Assembly (NCBI GenBank): GCA_041277045.1
Contig: JBGFSY010000002.1
Span: 348,041 to 412,040, forward strand
Direction of reading: 5' to 3'
Length of the DNA stretch: 64,000 bases
Source: Candidatus Reddybacter sp.
Lineage (GTDB): Bacteria; Pseudomonadota; Gammaproteobacteria; Pseudomonadales; Porticoccaceae
Both the position numbers and the translations under genes were made by a program. Numbering within the stretch: position 1 is the first letter of the stretch; each line of letters opens with the position of its first letter. Below the pieces are notes generated by a model. It was not told the DNA's origin. It saw nothing but the letters and a program-made list of their open reading frames with translations, and did not search any database. Of this stretch, positions 16,238 through 22,475 are shown in pieces.

Positions 16238-17021
16238 CGCGATGAAAATAATCGGCAAGAAGCGATGTTTATTAAGTACGAGGGTGAGCGGTATACTGCT
16301 GGTAAGTCTTTTATTCCCCGTGAGCCTCATGCTGACTGGATGTGCTCCACAAAATAGCAGTGAAACACAATCCCTGACGCTAAAATTTGAGGCGTTTGTC
16401 GGCTCACAAGCTCTAGCTTTTAATCGTATTCAATACGAAAATCCCGGCGGCGGAGGGCAATACAAGGTTCGTGATTTCCAGTTCATTATCAGCAATATTA
16501 AATTGCTCAGCGAGACTGGAATTTATGTCGAAGCCGACAGCTATCATATTGTCAGGTTCGATAACGCAGATAAGAGCTATACGATGGTGCTAGACAATAT
16601 TCCACTCAGGGATTACCAGACAATAGTGTTCTCCATTGGCGTCGACCCGGCTGCAAATAGCTCAGTGCAATCTATTGGCGATCTGGATCCCAATAGCCGC
16701 ATGGCCTGGAGTTGGGATGTTGGCTACAAATTCATTCTTTTTGAAGGCGGCCTCAGTCGCGACAATATACTGTCTCCGCTCGTCTACCATGTTGGTTTTA
16801 ACGAAAACTATAAAGTCCTTCCATTTTCCATAAACCAGGCTAACTCAAGTCAGGAGTTGGCGCAGTTAATTTTCAAGGTAGATATCGAGAGCGTGTTTGC
16901 GAGTGTTAATGTCGTCGATATGGCGGCGCTTCCCAGCGTGAAATTTGATAAAGACGATGCAAGGCTTATCGCTGAAAATTACGCAACCATGATCACTTTG
17001 AAAAGCACTATTCAGCAATAA
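16230..17021 (+). CDS. MbnP-like (WxW motif) exported lipoprotein, putative metal-binding partner of the di-heme enzyme
   Basis: Lipobox LMLTGC. FEAFVG...F......Y.N..GG.Y.V.DFQFIISNIKL and MAWSWDVGYKFILFEGG resemble the MbnP family. 8-nt overlap with the preceding gene; ATG 16242 is an alternative start. Confidence 0.5.
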   Translation: MNSAMKIIGKKRCLLSTRVSGILLVSLLFPVSLMLTGCAPQNSSETQSLTLKFEAFVGSQALAFNRIQYENPGGGGQYKVRDFQFIISNIKLLSETGIYVEADSYHIVRFDNADKSYTMVLDNIPLRDYQTIVFSIGVDPAANSSVQSIGDLDPNSRMAWSWDVGYKFILFEGGLSRDNILSPLVYHVGFNENYKVLPFSINQANSSQELAQLIFKVDIESVFASVNVVDMAALPSVKFDKDDARLIAENYATMITLKSTIQQ

Positions 17022-17166
17022 GTTGATAGTGAAGGGTAGTTACGAGTCGGCAGTATAAAAATATTATAACCTGAGGTGTAGTAGCTAAGACTTGGTTTGG
17101 CAGTTGCGGAAGCGCTAAATTAGCCCCTAAATCCATCAAAATAAACGTTTCTTCTGGGCATAGCGC

Positions 17167-17280
17167 ATGGCTAAAATCAGCTTTGTCGAAGCCGAATATA
17201 CCCATAAACGTTACATAGCGAGAGTGCTTGGCCGCATTTAATCGACAGGTGCACCACAAGCTTGTCTGGACACCTTATAG
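17167..17280 (+). mobile_element. IS5-family transposase N-terminal remnant
   Basis: MAKISFVEAEYTHKR... matches the characteristic IS5-group N-terminus (..SF.EAEY..KRK.TRRE.FL..M..VVPW..L). It continues with two in-frame stops as VLGRI*STGAPQACLDTL*. The rest of the element is absent. Confidence 0.5.
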
Positions 17281-17427
17281 ATGTGTTTGGTAATTCAACC
17301 ATTTTTTCGCTTGGTATAAGGTGGCTTGTTGTCCTTACCGTGATATGAAAAATAGACTTTAAAGTGGACTTAAATATAAAGTAAGGATGTGCAACGAGGG
17401 CGTGTATACAGTAGCAGCCGATGTCGC

Positions 17428-17504
17428 TGGTCGGAATGAGAGGGTTTGAACCTCCGACCCCTGCCTCCCGAAGACAGTGCTCTACCAGGCTGAGCTACAC
17501 TCCG
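17428..17504 (-). tRNA. tRNA-Pro (anticodon CGG)
   Basis: The reverse complement CGGAGTGTAGCTCAGCCTGGTAGAGCACTGTCTTCGGGAGGCAGGGGTCGGAGGTTCAAACCCTCTCATTCCGACCA folds as a cloverleaf. Anticodon loop TTCGGGA, encoded CCA. Confidence 0.9.
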
Positions 17505-17544
17505 AACTATTTTATGATCGATGTGGCTTGGAGGCAAAGTCCCG

Positions 17545-17587
17545 AAATCAATGGGGTCACGGGGGTCAGACTGACCCCCCCCGATTT
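17545..17587. repeat. REP-like palindromic element
   Basis: AAATCAATGGGGTCAC-GGGGGTCAGACTGACCCCC-CCCGATTT. The central 19-nt stretch is a perfect palindrome (17561-17579). It shares the AAATCAATGGG(G/C)TCA motif with 13126-13154. Confidence 0.45.
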
Positions 17588-17750
17588 AACGCTTGATTAT
17601 TGGTGCGGACGATCTAGGGGAAAAGGGGGTGTTTATAGAGTATTGCCAGTGGCTTTATTAGTAAGGGTTTGCAGTTTGTTCAGCCAACAATAGCAGCTGA
17701 CAATTGTTCATGCCTGTGTTCGTCGCAACTTCTGGCAGGGTGCGCCTAGC

Positions 17751-18431
17751 TTAGGTGTGCAGCCCACACTCTAAATGTTCCGCCGCTTTGGTGGGGTCGT
17801 TATATTCCATTTCACTGGGCAGGCCGTATTCGAGCAGGTAGTCGACCAGGTTCATGGTGGTGCAGTGAAAGCAGGGGGCAACCTTGGTGGTTGCGCGGGG
17901 TGCATCCCAGGTGAAGATATTTTGTGACTTCCTGAATTCGGTTTCTTCGCGGCGAATACCGTTAATCCACAGGTCGGGCTTTAATTCACTAAAGGCCCGC
18001 GTGAAAGGATCCAGTTTGACGATTTTTGTAAACTCAGCGTGTTCAGCGGTGCCAATTTCAGGCACGCCTTTATAGCGTGCCTCAAGATGAGCCGCTGAAA
18101 GAGCGGGGTGAAAAACCTTCAGGTTTAGATCCAGGTCTTTCACCAGCTGGTCGACAAAGCGATAGGTGGCAGCCGTATTAAAGCCGCTGTCACACCAGAC
18201 TACAGGCGTGCCGGGGCGCACCGTCTGCACCATGTGTAGCAGGACGGCAGAGTAGGCAGAAAAACTGGTGCTGATAATTGGCTGCTTGGCGGCATCGAGC
18301 GCTTTAGCAAGAATATCCATCGGTGATGCATCGGCCATCGCTAAATTGGCTACGCTGAGGTCAAACAAGGCTTCTCGCGTTGTTTGCGGGGCATCATCAA
18401 GGGTTGGCTTCTTTGCAGCTACAAGGCTCAT
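17751..18431 (-). CDS. cysH: phosphoadenosine phosphosulfate (PAPS) reductase family protein, CysH-like
   Basis: STSFSAYSAVLLHMVQTVRPGTPVVWCDSGFNTAATYRFVDQL...LNLKVFHP...EARY is collinear with E. coli CysH. C-terminal ECGLH motif. No Fe-S CC..CxxC motif. Confidence 0.7.
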   Translation of the reverse strand: MSLVAAKKPTLDDAPQTTREALFDLSVANLAMADASPMDILAKALDAAKQPIISTSFSAYSAVLLHMVQTVRPGTPVVWCDSGFNTAATYRFVDQLVKDLDLNLKVFHPALSAAHLEARYKGVPEIGTAEHAEFTKIVKLDPFTRAFSELKPDLWINGIRREETEFRKSQNIFTWDAPRATTKVAPCFHCTTMNLVDYLLEYGLPSEMEYNDPTKAAEHLECGLHT

Positions 18432-18672
18432 GGCTTATCTGTCAACGCATTTGGTTTTGAGGTGGCGATTAAAACGCCGTGGGGCTGGCAAGTAAAAGAA
18501 CGCTTTTCAATATGCTTATTTCAAATCGAGGGTTTAAGAATATCAAAAGGTGTTCTTAGAAGTTATTAGCTGAGGTTGAGTTGTCTTGACGACATTAGTC
18601 CTGCTCTCGTTTAACTGTATAAGTTGTCAAAAGGCTAGCCGCCGGGGCGAAAAATAGCTTAAAAGCAGACAC

Positions 18673-18699
18673 AAAAAAGCCCGACACAAGGTCAGGCTT
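18673..18699 (-). terminator. rho-independent terminator downstream of tRNA-Arg
   Basis: The minus strand reads AGCCTGAC-CTTGT-GTCGGGCT followed by TTTTTT. Confidence 0.6.
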
Positions 18700-18726
18700 T
18701 AAGGTCAATCTACTACAATTAAAATA

Positions 18727-18803
18727 TGGTGCACTCGGAAGGATTCGAACCTTCGACCGCCCGGTTCGTAGCCGGGTACTCTATCCAGCTGAGCTACGAG
18801 TGC
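18727..18803 (-). tRNA. tRNA-Arg (anticodon ACG)
   Basis: The reverse complement GCACTCGTAGCTCAGCTGGATAGAGTACCCGGCTACGAACCGGGCGGTCGAAGGTTCGAATCCTTCCGAGTGCACCA is near-identical in architecture to E. coli tRNA-Arg(ACG). Confidence 0.92.
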
Positions 18804-18891
18804 AGAGGGCGGCACTATAGGCAAGTGGCCGCTTTGAGTCAAGGCTAATTGCCCTTTTAATGCTTCCTATAAGGCTTTTTTCCACGCTAGC

Positions 18892-20436
18892 TTATACGCC
18901 CCGGCTTTGATCGGCCCAATAGGGTGCCCGCAGCTCACGGCGTAAAATTTTACCGCTGGGGTTGCGCGGTAGCTCGGGAATGAAGTCGATGGACTTGGGC
19001 GCTTTAAAACCGGCGATTTGGGTGCGGGCGTAGGTGATGATTTCTTCTTCGCTAAGCTCTGCGCCGGGGCGCAATACTACGCAGGCTTTAATGGCCTCGC
19101 CCCATTGCTCGTCGGGGATTCCGATCACGGCAACGTCGATAATGTCGTCGTGGCTGTGCACGGCGTTTTCAACCTCGGCAGGGTAGACATTTTCCCCGCC
19201 GGTGATGATCATGTCCTTAACGCGGTCTTTTATAAATAGAAAACCTTCGTCATCAAGATAAGCGGCATCTCCCGTGTGGTACCAGCCACCGGCTTTTGCC
19301 TCTTCTGTGGCCTTAGGGTTGCGCCAGTAGCTTTTAAGTACCCAGTCACTCTTGAAGAGAATTTCACCGACTTCGCCATTGGGTAGTGCATTGCCTTCTT
19401 CGTCGATAATTTTGACTTCTGAACCAAGTACGGGTTTACCACAGGAGCGAAGTTTGTTGCGCTCAGGAGCGTGATCCTCAGGTGCGAGTGAACTAATGAG
19501 TCCGTAGTTTTCAGTGGCCCCGTAAAGTTGCATAAACCCACAACCAAAGACTTCGCCTGCCTCGACCAGCACCGATTCTGAAATGGGCGATGCACCGTAA
19601 TATAGCCGCTCTAGGTGGCTATAGTCGCGTTCGCGCACCTTGGGTTCCTGTAGAAGCATTTGTATCATTGCCGGTACAAAAAGCGCATGGGTGATTTTTT
19701 CATTAGCGAGGGTGTCGAGTACACGAGTGGCGTCAAATTCGGCTTGCAGGTGAACGTGGGCACCGCATAGTAAAGGGACGACCGTGAGGTTGATGCCGCC
19801 GACGTGAAATAGCGGCATAACGTTGACAAAGGTATTGTCCGGGCCAACAGCAATAATGTCGTTGTTGATGACGGCATTAAGGGTGTTGACATAACCCTGG
19901 TTGGTCAGTTGCACGCCCTTGGGCAGGCCGGTGGTGCCGCTGGTGTAAAGCTGTAGAACATCATCGTCGCCATCAAGCACAACGTCAGGGCGAGTATTTA
20001 CTTGGCCGTCGCGCCAAGGTGCATAGTCGATCCAGCGATCGTGATCGCCATCAATGGCGATGATATGTTTAATGAATTTTAGTTCGTTTTCTATAGATTC
20101 TATGATCGAGTAAAATTCTTTACCAACGAAAAGAACGCTGTTTTCGGTGGCATTAAGGATTTGTAATATTTCTGGACCCACTAAACGCCAATTGACGCCA
20201 GCGGTTGCTAGGGCGGATGCGCTAGCTCCAATAAAAATTTCAAAGAACTCAGGTGAGTTTTTGGCGAGATGGGCAACGCGATCCTGACGTTCAATACCCA
20301 GACTGAGCAAACCATTAGCAACTTGCCAGCTACGATTCATCAAGTCGTTGTAGTTGATTTTTTGGTCTTCGAAGGTGATGGCGAGGTGATTGGGTTGTGT
20401 ATTTTGTAATTGTTGAAATTTATCGGCAAAAAACAT
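18892..20436 (-). CDS. AMP-dependent acyl-CoA synthetase/ligase (long-chain fatty acid-CoA ligase-like)
   Basis: AMP-binding motif LYTSGTTGLPKGV, YGATE, GWYHTGD, and C-terminal PRNPSGKILRREL. I prefer the second Met (ATG 20436), which follows GGGAG. Confidence 0.8.
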   Translation of the reverse strand: MFFADKFQQLQNTQPNHLAITFEDQKINYNDLMNRSWQVANGLLSLGIERQDRVAHLAKNSPEFFEIFIGASASALATAGVNWRLVGPEILQILNATENSVLFVGKEFYSIIESIENELKFIKHIIAIDGDHDRWIDYAPWRDGQVNTRPDVVLDGDDDVLQLYTSGTTGLPKGVQLTNQGYVNTLNAVINNDIIAVGPDNTFVNVMPLFHVGGINLTVVPLLCGAHVHLQAEFDATRVLDTLANEKITHALFVPAMIQMLLQEPKVRERDYSHLERLYYGASPISESVLVEAGEVFGCGFMQLYGATENYGLISSLAPEDHAPERNKLRSCGKPVLGSEVKIIDEEGNALPNGEVGEILFKSDWVLKSYWRNPKATEEAKAGGWYHTGDAAYLDDEGFLFIKDRVKDMIITGGENVYPAEVENAVHSHDDIIDVAVIGIPDEQWGEAIKACVVLRPGAELSEEEIITYARTQIAGFKAPKSIDFIPELPRNPSGKILRRELRAPYWADQSRGV

Positions 20437-20532
20437 GGAGTCTCCCAAAAGAACTGCATAAGGCAAGTTGATAGCATTCGAGTCTAATGCCTGTTGGTGG
20501 GTTGTTCAAGCTCAAATCTGGTCGAGTCTACC

Positions 20533-21546
20533 TCAGCTTTCAGTTATAAATATTGCTCTACGAGGCGCAGGGTGTCCTTCTAACGTATGGCTATGATCAG
20601 AAGGGTTGAGGAAGTCGGGCAGGGATTCAAAGTGCATCCACTCGGTGCTGCGCTGCTCATTAGCGCTGGTGTCGCAAACATCGACCAGGCGGGGGGCTTT
20701 AAAGCCACACTTGCGCAACCAGCTCAGTAGGGTCGCTGGGCTGGGGATAAACCAGACATTGCGCATCTTCGCGTAACGGCCCTCGGGCACTAGTACCTGG
20801 CCCTCATCCCCTTCGATAACCAGCGTCTCCAGCACCAGCTGGCCGCCATTTTTTAGGCAGGCCTTGAGTTTGAGTAGATGGTCGATGGGTGAGCGCCGGT
20901 GGTAGAGCACGCCCATGGAGAAGACCGTGTCGAAGGCTTTCAGCTCACTGGGTAGGTGTTCGATGCCCAGCGGTAAGACATCGACAGGCAAGGCCTGGCT
21001 GTCAAGGTTCTGGGCAAAGGATTTTAGGGCATAAAATTGATGCACAAAGCGTGGTGAGGGATCGATGCCGATGACTCGCTTTGCGCCCGCGCCGTGCATG
21101 CGCCAGCAGTGGTAGCCGTTGCCGCAACCGATATCGAGCACCAGTCTGTCTTGCAGAGGGGCGATGTGGGACAGCAGGCGGTCCCACTTCCAGTCGGAGC
21201 GCCACTCGGTGTCGATATCGAGACCAAATAATTCGTAGGGGCCTTTGCGCCAGGGGTGGAGTTCCATTAACGCGGTGCGCAATGCCTGGCGTTGTTGTTC
21301 GCTGCAATCGTCGGTCTGGCCGATACGCACCGTGCCTTTGAAGTCGCAGCTACTGGGTGTGAGAGTGGGCAATTGCGCCAGACTTCGCTGCCACTGGGGT
21401 AGGTCGCCCCAACGCTGCAGGCTGAGTTGTTCAGCAATTTGCTCGGGCAATTGTTCGGCCCAGCGTGTGAGGCTACTTTGCTTGAGGCTGCTTTGTTGCA
21501 CTCCGAGCTGGTGTAGTCCGGCGATCAAGTCTTGATAGTCGATCAT
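20533..21546 (-). CDS. cmoB: tRNA U34 carboxymethyltransferase
   Basis: LHPWRKGPYELFGLDIDTEWRSDWKWDRL and DIGCGNGYH are characteristic of CmoB. Adjacent to cmoA. Confidence 0.9.
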   Translation of the reverse strand: MIDYQDLIAGLHQLGVQQSSLKQSSLTRWAEQLPEQIAEQLSLQRWGDLPQWQRSLAQLPTLTPSSCDFKGTVRIGQTDDCSEQQRQALRTALMELHPWRKGPYELFGLDIDTEWRSDWKWDRLLSHIAPLQDRLVLDIGCGNGYHCWRMHGAGAKRVIGIDPSPRFVHQFYALKSFAQNLDSQALPVDVLPLGIEHLPSELKAFDTVFSMGVLYHRRSPIDHLLKLKACLKNGGQLVLETLVIEGDEGQVLVPEGRYAKMRNVWFIPSPATLLSWLRKCGFKAPRLVDVCDTSANEQRSTEWMHFESLPDFLNPSDHSHTLEGHPAPRRAIFITES

Positions 21547-21587
21547 TGAAGGCTCGTTTGTTTGATGCTTGCTGACGTCATAGGTAC

Positions 21588-22313
21588 TTATTTAATGGCG
21601 AGGAGCGAGGCGAAATTAAAGCACTGAAACCAGATGTCGATGCTGGTAAAGCCGACGCTGCTCAGGCGTTGGCGATGTTGGTCGAGGGTTTCAGGGATGA
21701 GAACGTTTTCCAGTGCCGAGCGCTTTTGCGCGACTTCCAGTTCGGAGTAACCGTTGGCGCGTTTAAAACTGTGGTGCAGCTCTATCATTAGCTGGTTCAA
21801 ATGCTCGTCGGCGAAGGCAATCTTTTCCGACAGAATCAGTATGCCGCCGGGTCGTAGGGCATCGTAAATACGCTGCATCAGTGCGGTGCGCGCCTCGGGG
21901 GGGAGAAATTGCAGGGTAAAGTTGAGCACCACCATCGAGGCATTGTCGAGAGGTGTGTCGAGCAGGTCGGCGCAGATTAATTCCACCGCGGTGTCGGGCT
22001 GCTCATGGGCGAGGATGCTGGTGCAGTGCTCAATCATCGCCGGGGCATTATCGATGGCGACGATACTGCAGTCGGGTAGCTGAATATGCTGGGCCATGGC
22101 CAGCGTCGAGGCGCCGAGGGAGCAACCCAGATCATAACATCTTGACTGGGGCTGGGCGTAGCGCCCGGCCAGCGTGCCAGTCATGGCGATAATGGTTTCG
22201 TAGCCGGGCACCGAGCGCTGGATCATGTCCGGGAATACGGCGACCACATCGGCATCGAACTTAAAGCCGGCAATATCGGTGAGGGGGCGGGAAAATAAAC
22301 TATCGTGTTTCAA
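21588..22313 (-). CDS. cmoA: carboxy-S-adenosyl-L-methionine synthase
   Basis: FKFDADVVAVFPDMIQRSVPGYETII...YDLGCSLGAST...LNFTLQF, the canonical CmoA pattern. Confidence 0.9.
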   Translation of the reverse strand: MKHDSLFSRPLTDIAGFKFDADVVAVFPDMIQRSVPGYETIIAMTGTLAGRYAQPQSRCYDLGCSLGASTLAMAQHIQLPDCSIVAIDNAPAMIEHCTSILAHEQPDTAVELICADLLDTPLDNASMVVLNFTLQFLPPEARTALMQRIYDALRPGGILILSEKIAFADEHLNQLMIELHHSFKRANGYSELEVAQKRSALENVLIPETLDQHRQRLSSVGFTSIDIWFQCFNFASLLAIK

Positions 22314-22355
22314 ATTGGCTTTTCTGTTGTTCGGGGGAGTGGGGGTGGGGAAACC

Positions 22356-22441
22356 TACCCTCTACTCATAACACGCTGTGAATACGTCCCTGTACGCTCG
22401 GTGTCGGCATCCATGCCTCCGGCGGTCATGAGTAGAGAGTA
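22356..22441. repeat. long-range inverted repeat / structured intergenic element
   Basis: TACCCTCTACTCAT (22356-22369) pairs with ATGAGTAGAGAGTA (22428-22441), 13 of 14 positions. It encloses a GC-rich core with the internal palindrome GGCATCCATGCC. Lies between the cmoA start and the M16 peptidase stop. Confidence 0.3.
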
Positions 22442-22475
22442 CGCCTCCCTAGTAAGCTATGTGGTCATACACAGC

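Noticed and set aside
17421-17693. 90-aa plus-strand ORF (MSLVGMRGFEPPTPASRRQCSTRLSYTP...)
   Set aside because: It is the antisense translation of tRNA-Pro, running on through the REP-like palindrome. The FEPPT/RLSYTP peptide is the classic signature of a translated tRNA.
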